IMG/VR virus record: IMGVR_UViG_3300042558_003926
Span: 225,652 to 289,651 of that record
Direction: 5' to 3' (one strand)
DNA length: 64,000 bases
Below, piece after piece: positions 1 to 9,449 of the stretch. Positions within the stretch are counted from its first letter, which is position 1. The number at the start of each line of letters is the position of its first letter. Below the pieces are notes generated by a model. That model saw only the letters and a list, made by a program, of their open reading frames with translations, did not search any database and had not been told where the DNA came from. The position numbers and the translations under genes were made by a program.

Positions 1-235
1 CACCATATCCAGGAACCTTGTAAACCTTACCTGTTAAATCTGAGGTGATTAAATCCTTAATATCCTTAGTGTATCTAGTTAGGACATCAGTTTGAGGTTT
101 AAGCATTCCTCTAGACTTTGCTTCCACTGCTTTACGAACAGAAGTTCCCTTCATTAACTTATTAGTTTCCAGATAATTTACAGCAGATTGCTCGGCTTGT
201 TGAGTAAAAGCTTCAAAAAGATTAATATATTTCAT
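1..235 (-). CDS. CTS-leader protein, partial (runs off window start)
   Basis: Read manually: MKYINLFEAFTQQAEQSAVNYLETNKLMKG..., open to position 1; AATATATAG motif at 258-266 upstream. Confidence 0.75.
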   Translation of the reverse strand, partial: MKYINLFEAFTQQAEQSAVNYLETNKLMKGTSVRKAVEAKSRGMLKPQTDVLTRYTKDIKDLITSDLTGKVYKVPGYG

Positions 236-271
236 TTTGATTGGATTTATATTTACCCTATATATTCAACC

Positions 272-1366
272 CTAGATTTGTTTTAATGCGAATCCTAAAT
301 CCGAAAAATCCCTCATACCTGTTCTTTTCAATATACCATCCTTAATATCTGGATGATTTTTAAGGTACTGTAGGTCCAACGGATTTTTTTGGAAATGACT
401 ATCTGGCAAAGCCGTTGCAATAAATTCCTTAAATTTATCATCATCCTTACTAAATGCCATATAATGCGAAATTTGATAGTGATGGTCTATATATGAGCCA
501 GGACCCTTATCCATTATCATAGGAAGTACCTCTATATCGAAAGGAGAAGCGTAAAAGTAATCACACTGGAAAGCAACTATTTTTCTTTCCCTATCGAAAT
601 ATCCAGCTAGAGAATTTAATGCAGGTGATTCTGACATGGTTCTTCTTTCATGGTTTACCGATAAAATTCTAAGAGGTTCCGAAACCTCTATAGTAGGAAA
701 TGTCATTAGATCTTTGATTCCTCCCAGAGAGTATAGTAGCATTTCTCCGCCAACTTTTTCGGGGAGAAATTCCAATGACTCCAGATCATTCAACCGAATG
801 ATCACAAATTTACCCTTCACTGTACCAAAATTTATAGATGCTAGTATATCTGGATCAGATGTTTGAGGATCCTGTGAGAATGTTCCCGAAATATCCACTG
901 CTTGACTTACTCTATTCCATTTCCATTTAGATTTAGTCCCCTTGTTTATCTCGATAATCTGATTAGCCGTCAAAGGACCAGTATTTTCATTTGGCTCATT
1001 CCTTTTTATTTCTCCGGAAAATCTATCAAGTAGATTAAGAAGCATATCATACAGGGTGAAATCACTCTGGTATCTTTTAATAAATCCAGAGGTTGCCGCT
1101 TTATCTCTTATATAACCGGATTTCTGTAAAACGATTCCGTCTGGGTACATATAAGAAATTGATGGATTATTGGTTTTTAACATGATGGTAGAGTTCTTGG
1201 CTTGAAGTGGGGTTGTGACTTCTACAAATCCGATATCCTCTAAAGACTTCCATATTCCCATTTCTTTCCAGTTAGAAGGCCAATGTTCTTTTTCTATATC
1301 AGATAGATTTGAATTCTCGTAGATATAACCAGAATTAAACTCCTTGAACCCCTTTATATTTTTCAT
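272..1366 (-). CDS. CTS-leader protein with degenerate LRR-like segment
   Basis: Starts MKNIKGFKEF; LESLEFLPEKVGGEM resembles the LRR unit; N-terminal domain resembles the 50507 protein. Confidence 0.8.
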   Translation of the reverse strand: MKNIKGFKEFNSGYIYENSNLSDIEKEHWPSNWKEMGIWKSLEDIGFVEVTTPLQAKNSTIMLKTNNPSISYMYPDGIVLQKSGYIRDKAATSGFIKRYQSDFTLYDMLLNLLDRFSGEIKRNEPNENTGPLTANQIIEINKGTKSKWKWNRVSQAVDISGTFSQDPQTSDPDILASINFGTVKGKFVIIRLNDLESLEFLPEKVGGEMLLYSLGGIKDLMTFPTIEVSEPLRILSVNHERRTMSESPALNSLAGYFDRERKIVAFQCDYFYASPFDIEVLPMIMDKGPGSYIDHHYQISHYMAFSKDDDKFKEFIATALPDSHFQKNPLDLQYLKNHPDIKDGILKRTGMRDFSDLGFALKQI

Positions 1367-1467
1367 ATATAAAATTAATTTTTTGCAATTTATTAAATCA
1401 TTACGATGGATAAAAAATATTAATATATTTCATTCCAATTATATTTACCGTGTATCCATAAATTTTT

Positions 1468-1698
1468 CTATTCCTCAGCAGAAACCTCAAATTGGTAGGG
1501 TTCCCCGAGGATGGGCTCTGTCCCCTCGTAATATTCGATATACCAAAACACTGGATTATCCAAACTTGCTTCCTTGTAGTCGACGTAATATTTAGTTACG
1601 TCTTCAGCTGTTTTAGGAAGTCCGTAGTAATCAGCACACGATTTCCTTGCATCTATAGCCTCTTGTTCAGTTGTATATTTATATCCATCAATAAACAT
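1468..1698 (-). CDS. small phage protein downstream of fibre-like gene
   Basis: 76-aa ORF overlapping the stop of 1688..3385. Confidence 0.75.
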   Translation of the reverse strand: MFIDGYKYTTEQEAIDARKSCADYYGLPKTAEDVTKYYVDYKEASLDNPVFWYIEYYEGTEPILGEPYQFEVSAEE

Positions 1699-3385
1699 CC
1701 CAGTAAGTATTTATGTTTGATTCTATTCCTGTTCTATTTGCACTCTGATCAGAATCCCAATATATGTATTCAGCATATCTACCCGAAGTTGTGCCCGATC
1801 CGGTTCGGCCAAAGTAAATAAAATTAGCACCAGTTGCTGGAATTTGGGTGGCTGTCGTAGCCGAAGCGCTACCGTTAACATAAGCAGTTTTTAAATCACT
1901 TGAATTTTTTTCCGAAGTAATTATAAACGCACCTACATTAACATCGAACCCATGGCTTACCAGAGAACTCATGTCGCTCCTCAATCTTCCCGTTGTAGCT
2001 TGCCAATATAAAGGTTGCTGACCCTGTATGCCGCCAATAGTACTATTACCAATTGAACCGATATTAATAGTATTCGAAGTTCTATTGACAACACCTACCG
2101 ATAAATATCGTGTATTTGGACTTATCCCAGATGCTAATGAATAACTATCATTTACCCAAGTAGTGGTTATTTTACCTGTATTTGGGTCTGTTATAATTGA
2201 ACCACCTGAAACAATTTGAGCTTGATCTGCTGTTGCTGCTTGTGTTGAATTATTCGAGTTTGTACTTTGGTCATACCAGGTTGTTACAAAACCACCACCT
2301 GCTGAAGCTAACGTTTTTTGATATGCCCTAAGATCTGCTGTTTTACTTAATTGAAAGCCCCAAACATAAGCACCAGAAGTACCGTCCCCCGCATAGGCTA
2401 ACTCTCCATTCGCAGCTCTTAAATAAATTCTAAAACAATTTGAAGTAGAAGTTTGCCCAGCAGTAATTTTAACTGAAAATCTATACCACCCGTTAGATTC
2501 TGCTGATATTACGGGCGAATTCGTAAAATTGCTACCCGATATAGTTCCATCTATTAAATTTATGACGCAAGCTTGTGTAGTTCCGGGTAGGAGTGATTCA
2601 AATCTTACGCTTGTTCTTTCTCCTTGTTTTAGATATAGAGATAAATTATAATCCGCTCCAATTACAGCAGTAACTCCTCCAGTTTTGTTCAATATATGGG
2701 TTGCATCTGATGTACCTTCGATAAGTTTATCACCGGATAGGGTATTGTCTGGAGCTGTTATAACATTTAAATAGGGAGGAGTCCCAGTTACATTTAAAGA
2801 GGCATACGAGTAGGTGGACGTCTGACTTATATCTTCCGAATATGTTGTTATATTATAACCTATGAAATCGAGTAAACCTACCGTGTCCAGATCATTGGAA
2901 GAAAATCCTATATCTTGTTCAGCGTCATCCAACGATCTTCTTACCCTTATGGCACTTCCAGAGTAAGCTGTTCTGAGTTTACGCAACGAATAAGCTAATG
3001 CTGCATTTGGGTATAGATCAAGTAAAGGTGTAATTAGGGGGAAAGAAGTCCAATATCCATTATTATTTAAATATGTCTTTGCGGAAGATCCGTCCGAAAA
3101 AGATTGGCCAAATATACTGTTTGTTAGATCAACAAAAGATTGCTCCGTTAATGATCCGCTTCTCCAAAATCCAACTGATGCTCCCAATCCATCTGGTGTG
3201 GGTTGATTCCCCCCGGGAACTGATGCCGCTATAACATATCCTAGATCCTCATCCGGACCATTCCACCAGCTAACCCCAGTAGATCCAAACCCAGATGATG
3301 GGTATCCGACAGCCAGGTTACCAACCTGTTCGGTTCCTGCAATAGAAGCTCCTGTGTTATATGCGAATGGTCTTGCTGTTGGCAT
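1688..3385 (-). CDS. virion surface/fibre protein (LamG/ConA-like domain with inserted head-spike-fibre-like domain)
   Basis: Motifs AYSLRKLRTAYSGSAIRVRR and FVTTWYDQS flank a segment with NGWYRFSV and YAGDGTSGAYVWGFQL; Ser/Thr/Gly-rich; GAATATATAAAG directly before ATG. Confidence 0.7.
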   Translation of the reverse strand: MPTARPFAYNTGASIAGTEQVGNLAVGYPSSGFGSTGVSWWNGPDEDLGYVIAASVPGGNQPTPDGLGASVGFWRSGSLTEQSFVDLTNSIFGQSFSDGSSAKTYLNNNGYWTSFPLITPLLDLYPNAALAYSLRKLRTAYSGSAIRVRRSLDDAEQDIGFSSNDLDTVGLLDFIGYNITTYSEDISQTSTYSYASLNVTGTPPYLNVITAPDNTLSGDKLIEGTSDATHILNKTGGVTAVIGADYNLSLYLKQGERTSVRFESLLPGTTQACVINLIDGTISGSNFTNSPVISAESNGWYRFSVKITAGQTSTSNCFRIYLRAANGELAYAGDGTSGAYVWGFQLSKTADLRAYQKTLASAGGGFVTTWYDQSTNSNNSTQAATADQAQIVSGGSIITDPNTGKITTTWVNDSYSLASGISPNTRYLSVGVVNRTSNTINIGSIGNSTIGGIQGQQPLYWQATTGRLRSDMSSLVSHGFDVNVGAFIITSEKNSSDLKTAYVNGSASATTATQIPATGANFIYFGRTGSGTTSGRYAEYIYWDSDQSANRTGIESNINTYWDVY

Positions 3386-3435
3386 CTCTTTATATATTCT
3401 AAATAAATATATAGATCACAAATAGAATTAAAATA

Positions 3436-4005
3436 ATGGCATCGTCAATTAACCCTATATCGGTTACTCTCCATGAGTTGGGATCATATCTAGCAGATAA
3501 TGGAATAGAAGTAAATCTATGGGGCAGAGGAGCTGCTAAAACGGTAGATCATCTCTTACAGGAGATACGATCTGGGGAATGCGAATTAACAGAAACGGAA
3601 GATGGATTAATCCGAGTAATCCACGTGGTCTCTGCTAATATCTACTATGAGGACACATTCGGAATGTTTATTCTAAAAGAGGACAAACAGGTTTTCAAAG
3701 GAGGCAGAACAAAAACAAGATCTTTAAACACTTCTCTATCAGAAAAGATTGGACCGAATGAAATACCCCTGGAAGGGATCATCCGAGGAATAAAGGAAGA
3801 ATTAAACATAACGATATCACCAGACCAGATAAAAGAGGTTTCCAAATTTAATGAGTCTAGGGAATCGAATTCTTTTCCTGGTCTATCTACAATCTATATG
3901 GGAACTAGGTTTTCTTGCAGATTAAACAGGGATCAATATAAACCGAATGGCTATATAGAGGTTCAGAATGACAAGACCGTTTATTTTAAATGGGAGAAGG
4001 CTTAA
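3436..4005 (+). CDS. Nudix-fold hydrolase-like protein
   Basis: Degenerate Nudix box SEKIGPNEIPLEGIIRGIKEELNI; AATATATAG upstream. Confidence 0.6.
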   Translation: MASSINPISVTLHELGSYLADNGIEVNLWGRGAAKTVDHLLQEIRSGECELTETEDGLIRVIHVVSANIYYEDTFGMFILKEDKQVFKGGRTKTRSLNTSLSEKIGPNEIPLEGIIRGIKEELNITISPDQIKEVSKFNESRESNSFPGLSTIYMGTRFSCRLNRDQYKPNGYIEVQNDKTVYFKWEKA

Positions 4006-4007
4006 AT

Positions 4008-4210
4008 AAAAAAGGATCGGAGTAGCGAATTCCGATCCTTAGTAGTCGTAACTACTCCGGTCCTAAAATGGGGGATTAAACCCGCCGGATATCTTTATGA
4101 TAATTTATTCGAGGTATTAGCCCTACTGCCAATGGCACCCCGCTAAGAGTGCCATTGGAGGGAGATGATTCTGACACGAGGTCCGAATTTCTTAAATACC
4201 TTCTCTTTCG
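4008..4210 (-). ncRNA. candidate structured ncRNA ending in an intrinsic terminator
   Basis: No ORF; AATATATAG at 4212-4220; stems 4111-4118/4195-4203 and 4129-4138/4149-4158; terminator 4012-4040 plus U-tract. Confidence 0.45.
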
Positions 4211-4245
4211 TCTATATATTACAGTTGAGGATAAAAATATGTGAA

Positions 4246-5649
4246 TTATTTTAGTGAAATGCTAATATCCCCATAATCGATACTCGTATTCATTTTCTTC
4301 TTATGGTGAACCCAATATTTTTCGTGATTGGTGAATTGGGTTTGTTCCTTGAGCAAAGATAAATTTGTATGAAGAAATCCATTATAATATGGTGGAGTCA
4401 CTATCTTAGAGAGAATGTTAAATCGGAAATCAATAAATTCTTCTCTAATCGATGAAATATCTCCGGTATAAGACTTTATTGCTTGAGATTCATCAACACC
4501 TTTTAATATTTTTTCACGAATCTCCTCGCGATTACTATTATGATTAAATCCAGGTAGCGAAGCTATTAAGAATTTTTCATTATACTTGGTCCGTTTATCC
4601 AGATCCCCCAACATCTCTTGAGCTTTATCAAAGCTGTCAAAAAGATTTTTTCTGCGTAATTTTTCACAGTTTTTATTCCACAGAATTCTTGGAACCAGAG
4701 CAACTTCTTGGAGCAAATCATTAACATACAAATGGACTTTATATGTATTATCCGTTGTACCGTCCTCTTTTCTTAATTCTATCCTCAGATTATACCATTT
4801 CTTCAATTCAAACTTATAATCTGTGTAGACTGTTTGGGATCCGGAGGCTAATGGAAAGGCAACCCCTATCGAAAATGGACTTCTTTTCTCTTTATAGGAT
4901 TCTTTGTATCTATATTTATTGCCTTCCGTCTCGACAGGTATGATAGAGTAAGGGGCAACTGCTCCTATCGAGATAAAGTTATGAGGAGGATCAGTATAAA
5001 GCTTAGTACCCTTTTCATTTTCACCGTTTTCTCGTGAATACTGAAATCTCATTATCTCCGTACGTCTAGTTGTATTGGTTTTATAGATAGAATCTATCGA
5101 TCTGTAAAATGTTCTAGTTGGAAATCTATTTAATCTAAATGAACAGCTAATCGTATATTCGCTAGTCATCTTATTATCAGTAGAATCATATATCGGTTTC
5201 CAGTTATCCTCCGAAAGTTCATTTCTACCCAATATTTGTAAAGTTGGTTGATGACCAAATGCAAATAGATCATCAGGTAATCCCTTAAATTTTTTATTAG
5301 CACCATTAATGGTTGCCTGGTTTATTTCAGTAGAGGTAACAACAATCAGATCCGATGCGGATGTTTTTGGCTGATAAGTAAAAACTGTTCTCTTATCATC
5401 CTTAGTCCCTACAATCGATTGGACTTTAACTAGAGTTGGAGCATCCACAAACTTATAAGCATCCTTAGTGGTATTTTCAACCGACTTCATTAACTTATCC
5501 TTTAAGTCCGAGTATTTTTGAACCTCTTGTTCGCTCAATTCTTTCTCCCCCTTAGATTCTATCTTAGTTCTAAGTTTTTCATATTCAGGATAGAATCTTC
5601 TAATCTCGCTGGATAGCTCAAGAGCTTTCGATTTATTAACAGAACTCAT
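4246..5649 (-). CDS. hypothetical protein, possible LamG-like beta-sandwich segment
   Basis: 467-aa ORF; KFELKKWYNLRI...VHLYVND pattern. Confidence 0.75.
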   Translation of the reverse strand: MSSVNKSKALELSSEIRRFYPEYEKLRTKIESKGEKELSEQEVQKYSDLKDKLMKSVENTTKDAYKFVDAPTLVKVQSIVGTKDDKRTVFTYQPKTSASDLIVVTSTEINQATINGANKKFKGLPDDLFAFGHQPTLQILGRNELSEDNWKPIYDSTDNKMTSEYTISCSFRLNRFPTRTFYRSIDSIYKTNTTRRTEIMRFQYSRENGENEKGTKLYTDPPHNFISIGAVAPYSIIPVETEGNKYRYKESYKEKRSPFSIGVAFPLASGSQTVYTDYKFELKKWYNLRIELRKEDGTTDNTYKVHLYVNDLLQEVALVPRILWNKNCEKLRRKNLFDSFDKAQEMLGDLDKRTKYNEKFLIASLPGFNHNSNREEIREKILKGVDESQAIKSYTGDISSIREEFIDFRFNILSKIVTPPYYNGFLHTNLSLLKEQTQFTNHEKYWVHHKKKMNTSIDYGDISISLK

Positions 5650-5665
5650 TTATTAAAAATTTATT

Positions 5666-6118
5666 TTATGCTACTTTAGTAAGTGTTGCATCATAGTCTC
5701 CCTCGACTCCTTTAATCTCTCCGGTCCCACTAAAAGCTATACTTGATGCTTTTGTCTTAACCTTGGATGCAAGAGTGTTTAGAGTTGCATCGTCCAATTT
5801 AAATACCTTATCTGTGTTGTCCTTAACGTAGATGTCTCCGGTCTCCTTGCTTTTCCAAACCACTTCAACAGCTATAGGTCCTTCATACCAAGTTACAAGG
5901 AGTTTTTTAACTTTGACATTTACCTTATAATAAAGTTCTGTGTTGTTATAGATGAAAACTATTCTACCGGTCAAATCCTTTGGCTTACCAGTTTTGGGAT
6001 CCTTACCCCCGTGTGTTCTGGCAGAAACTATCTCTACCCCCTTCCACTCTACTGATTCTAAAATTGGTTGATTTAAAGATTCGTTTACGAAATCTTGATA
6101 TCCCTTAATGTTTTCCAT
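5666..6118 (-). CDS. CTS-leader protein
   Basis: MENIKGYQDFVNES; GGAATATATAC upstream. Confidence 0.8.
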   Translation of the reverse strand: MENIKGYQDFVNESLNQPILESVEWKGVEIVSARTHGGKDPKTGKPKDLTGRIVFIYNNTELYYKVNVKVKKLLVTWYEGPIAVEVVWKSKETGDIYVKDNTDKVFKLDDATLNTLASKVKTKASSIAFSGTGEIKGVEGDYDATLTKVA

Positions 6119-6182
6119 TGAACTCTATATCTCTTTCTGTATATATTCCAATGGAACGGATAAATTGGAAAGAGATCCGGAT

Positions 6183-6497
6183 CTAAACTAGATGCTTCAG
6201 AAGTTCATGCTTTCTAGATCTGTGTCTTCGCTGTGTCTCTGCCCACTCGACTCCGCCTTTATAGTAGATCTTACTTCCTCCTCTTTCGGCTCTTCTCTGT
6301 AGATCTATCTCCTTCTTCTTGGGATCTTGGATAAATGTAATTAGTCTTCTGGAAACCTTAAATAGTTTTGCGAGGTTTCTCTGACTCATGCCTCTCTCGG
6401 TCCAGTACAATACCATTTCTTTCTGGCATGGCAACAGCTTAACCCTTTTATCCAGAAAGGGTGAATCGAGCTTAAGTTTTTCAGTTTTGTATGGCAT
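6183..6497 (-). CDS. helix-turn-helix DNA-binding protein
   Basis: MSQRNLAKLFKVSRRLITFI HTH pattern; basic. Confidence 0.6.
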   Translation of the reverse strand: MPYKTEKLKLDSPFLDKRVKLLPCQKEMVLYWTERGMSQRNLAKLFKVSRRLITFIQDPKKKEIDLQRRAERGGSKIYYKGGVEWAETQRRHRSRKHELLKHLV

Positions 6498-6507
6498 CTT
6501 GCTTTAT

Positions 6508-6744
6508 TTAGACATCTTCTGAATTAGTTTTGCTTTCCTTGTCTTCCTGTTTTTGCTCTACGAATTCATACTCCATTGTTTCTGTTGGTCGATAGTACTC
6601 GCATCTTTCCTCCTCCCTCTTATAAGGGGCTTCGGAAAAATATGCTTCCATAAAAGAATCTTTTAAATACATGTGTCTGCTGCAGGTTTTCTTTAAAGGA
6701 CAATCCTTTCCCACGCAAAATGTAATATCAATGTCCATTCTCAA
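6508..6744 (-). CDS. small Cys-rich phage protein
   Basis: DITFCVGKDCPLKKTCSRH...CEYY. Confidence 0.7.
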   Translation of the reverse strand: MRMDIDITFCVGKDCPLKKTCSRHMYLKDSFMEAYFSEAPYKREEERCEYYRPTETMEYEFVEQKQEDKESKTNSEDV

Positions 6745-6867
6745 GTTCTTTTATTTGTTGTTATCTATCAATTTTCTCAATATTAATAATACATTCCGTG
6801 AATAAAAAATTGTGATTTATTTTTTCATCCCGTATATGGTGTCTATATTTGCTCAAAACTAAAAGAA

Positions 6868-7413
6868 ATGAAAAACCAAAAATCAGAATCAGAACAGGGT
6901 CTAAAAGCTTTCCCTGGACCACCGATGGGCATGGGTATGATCATACCAATTAAGATCAAACAGGCTTCAGAATTTCTAAGTAGAGGAAATGATAGGAGTC
7001 AGAAGCTAGGAAAAATCCTATCTGGAATATTCGAAGCAATGGTTAAAGGCGGCGAAACCTATTTCAATCTCTACGAGAATATTGGACGTTCCTATCCAAA
7101 AATGTCCAAATTCTGGAACGATGAGATTTTTCATAAGATGAACGGGAAGGAAGGACCTACTGAGATTGGTGACGTTAAGAAGAACACTGGCATCGACTTC
7201 GAGGTTCTTGTTTCTGGAATAGATCCAGAGGGATTCAATTATTTACAGGCAACTATCATGTTCGTGAAGAATGTACGGAATCATGCTCAGAAAGAATCGG
7301 AGGATGAGATCGAAAGATTTGAGATCTTCTATCCTATGATCTGGGGGGTGTACATCTCGGTATTTAATGACGAGTATCTGGACGAAATTCTAGATATAGT
7401 CGAGAGAGCATAG
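6868..7413 (+). CDS. hypothetical early protein
   Basis: Early-type promoter TTTTTTCATCCC...TATATTTG (6844). Confidence 0.75.
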   Translation: MKNQKSESEQGLKAFPGPPMGMGMIIPIKIKQASEFLSRGNDRSQKLGKILSGIFEAMVKGGETYFNLYENIGRSYPKMSKFWNDEIFHKMNGKEGPTEIGDVKKNTGIDFEVLVSGIDPEGFNYLQATIMFVKNVRNHAQKESEDEIERFEIFYPMIWGVYISVFNDEYLDEILDIVERA

Positions 7414-8094
7414 TTAGTTCCCGATCATCACGGGAATCGGTGTTCCCACTGGATAAGGAAATCCTTCCTTAGCTGCTGTTACTGAGGTCTGTCCGTTTTT
7501 GACAGGGATTGCAACACGAAGAGGAACTGCATCCTCATTCAAAGGCCCGTAAACTCTAGCCAGTACAATACCGGTTTCGGTTGTATCGAATATTACACCA
7601 GGCATGGCAAACATGTTGCTCTCGCTTGTTGCTGGATCTGACATATCAATTACAAATGCACGATTAACCGGTGACATCAACTCCCATTTCTTGCTATCAG
7701 GATTGAACTGTGGGATAACGGTTGTGGTGTCAAAGTACCAGAATAGAGACCAAACGGTGTTGTCAGTGCCATCTGGGGTTTGAAAATTGCTGGCAACATT
7801 AAAGTCTCCCCAGGTTCCACCACTACCGTACATGGCCAAGTTAGAGATAGAAGGTCCATTAAGTACAGGACAGATAGCGCACCCTTCACGATACTCAACG
7901 CCCTGAATTGTTATGGTCTTTCCAGTAGGAACTGCTGCAGAAGCTCCACAGAAAGCGAATTGACCTTCGTGAATTCTAAGAACCCCCGCTTCTTTCTCTT
8001 GTGCAACTTCGATTTGTGTCTCATGCTTCTTATCCGAGCATGATGTAAAAGCAAGAATTGCGGCTACCATTAATAGTATTTTTGTTCTTTTCAT
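7414..8094 (-). CDS. putative lipoprotein
   Basis: Signal peptide with lipobox-like LAFTSC; GGATATATAAG upstream. Confidence 0.7.
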   Translation of the reverse strand: MKRTKILLMVAAILAFTSCSDKKHETQIEVAQEKEAGVLRIHEGQFAFCGASAAVPTGKTITIQGVEYREGCAICPVLNGPSISNLAMYGSGGTWGDFNVASNFQTPDGTDNTVWSLFWYFDTTTVIPQFNPDSKKWELMSPVNRAFVIDMSDPATSESNMFAMPGVIFDTTETGIVLARVYGPLNEDAVPLRVAIPVKNGQTSVTAAKEGFPYPVGTPIPVMIGN

Positions 8095-8199
8095 TTTTGT
8101 TTATTTGTTATTTATAATTATTTCTCTGAACTTATATATCCACCGATTTCTGACAGCTATCAAAGAATATAGCCCGCTTCAACATCAAGTAACTTACCC

Positions 8200-8228
8200 C
8201 ACAAAAAAAGCAGACCGGAATCTGCTTT
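8200..8228 (-). terminator. intrinsic terminator
   Basis: AAAGCAGA-TTCCGG-TCTGCTTT followed by TTTTGTG on the minus strand, after 8249..8710. Confidence 0.7.
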
Positions 8229-8248
8229 CTAAATGCTTATGAGTTTAC

Positions 8249-8710
8249 TTATCCTATGTAAGTTTTGATGAATTCATCAACACCCATTAATTCTGTGTGA
8301 CCGTGATGGTCGATACAAAGCAATTTACCTTCAACTAGGTCAAATAAACGAGCTTCTTCGTAAACTTGGAAAGAATCACTACCGTTGTTCTCATTACCAA
8401 GTCTACCATCTTTAGCTATGTAGTAAGCATAATCCTCTGTGTTAGTGCTATTCGGCACCGCCTCAAATTCTCCATTCTCGTCATGAATTACATAACCCAT
8501 TCCTGTTACATCGACATCGAAGATTTTTAATTCGTCTTCAGTTCCAGGAAATTCGGCAGCAAGTCTGTCAATAGCACTTTGCAATTTCTCTTTCTGAACT
8601 TCGTCGATGATTCCTACTGCTGCATAAGCATCTCCCTGAAAGCAAGTAGCATATCTTCTACCGGATCTTTGTGTGGGACCGAAGTTCTCAAATAATCTAA
8701 GGTGTTTCAT
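8249..8710 (-). CDS. CTS-leader protein
   Basis: MKHLRLFENF; GAGATATATAAA upstream. Confidence 0.8.
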   Translation of the reverse strand: MKHLRLFENFGPTQRSGRRYATCFQGDAYAAVGIIDEVQKEKLQSAIDRLAAEFPGTEDELKIFDVDVTGMGYVIHDENGEFEAVPNSTNTEDYAYYIAKDGRLGNENNGSDSFQVYEEARLFDLVEGKLLCIDHHGHTELMGVDEFIKTYIG

Positions 8711-8772
8711 TTTAGTTTATTTTTTTTGGTTTATATATCTCCAAATATAAGGAAGAATTGCGGAAGAATCAT

Positions 8773-9447
8773 TTATATCATACCCTTAAATCCATGGTAA
8801 GCCCTTATCAATTCCAGTCTCTTTATTTCTTCCGGCCCCACCCACTCGAACTCTGGTTTGTAGAGTAGCATCTGATCCTCTAACGGGATCTCGCTCCAAA
8901 GTGACTCTACAGCCTCCTGATAGCTCATCTCATCTTCCATTTGGTAGAATATACTCCTGAGTGTATCCTCAGAAACCGGATTATTTACACATTTGAACAT
9001 CCCTCCGATTTTCTGAGGGGCACCTTCGAGAGAGGTGAGCTGGTTGTTGCTACAATTGAAATCGCTACCGATTTCCTGTGGTGCTCCCTCCAGTGAGGTA
9101 AGCTGGTTGTTGTTACAAAAGAAATCAAGGCCAACTCTCTTTGGTGATCCCACCAGCGAGGTGAGCTGATTGTCGTCACAATAGAAACCCTCAGCCTCCT
9201 GTGGTGCTCCCTCCAGTGAGGTGAGACGGTTGTCCTCGCATGAAAAATATGCTCTCACTACACCAAATCTAACTCCTTTAAAATCTGTCAGATCCTGTCC
9301 AGTGCAGCTAAAGCTCCCATCCACATCAACAAGTCCGGTATGAGGATTAATAGTCCATTTATCAGAGCACTCATCAAGCCACTCGATCTGCTCCGGGGTA
9401 AGCTCTACCGCACTCTCAAACATCTTATATGTCTTTAGATTCTTCAT
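8773..9447 (-). CDS. CTS-leader variable LRR protein (4 full repeats)
   Basis: MKNLKTYKMFES; xVGxxFxCxxNQLTSLxGAP units; conserved N- and C-caps ending GFKGMI. Confidence 0.9.
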   Translation of the reverse strand: MKNLKTYKMFESAVELTPEQIEWLDECSDKWTINPHTGLVDVDGSFSCTGQDLTDFKGVRFGVVRAYFSCEDNRLTSLEGAPQEAEGFYCDDNQLTSLVGSPKRVGLDFFCNNNQLTSLEGAPQEIGSDFNCSNNQLTSLEGAPQKIGGMFKCVNNPVSEDTLRSIFYQMEDEMSYQEAVESLWSEIPLEDQMLLYKPEFEWVGPEEIKRLELIRAYHGFKGMI

Positions 9448-9449
9448 TC

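Noticed and set aside
4160-4190. Hammerhead ribozyme (CTGA...GAA)
   Set aside because: The CUGANGA and GAAA cores are not correctly formed.
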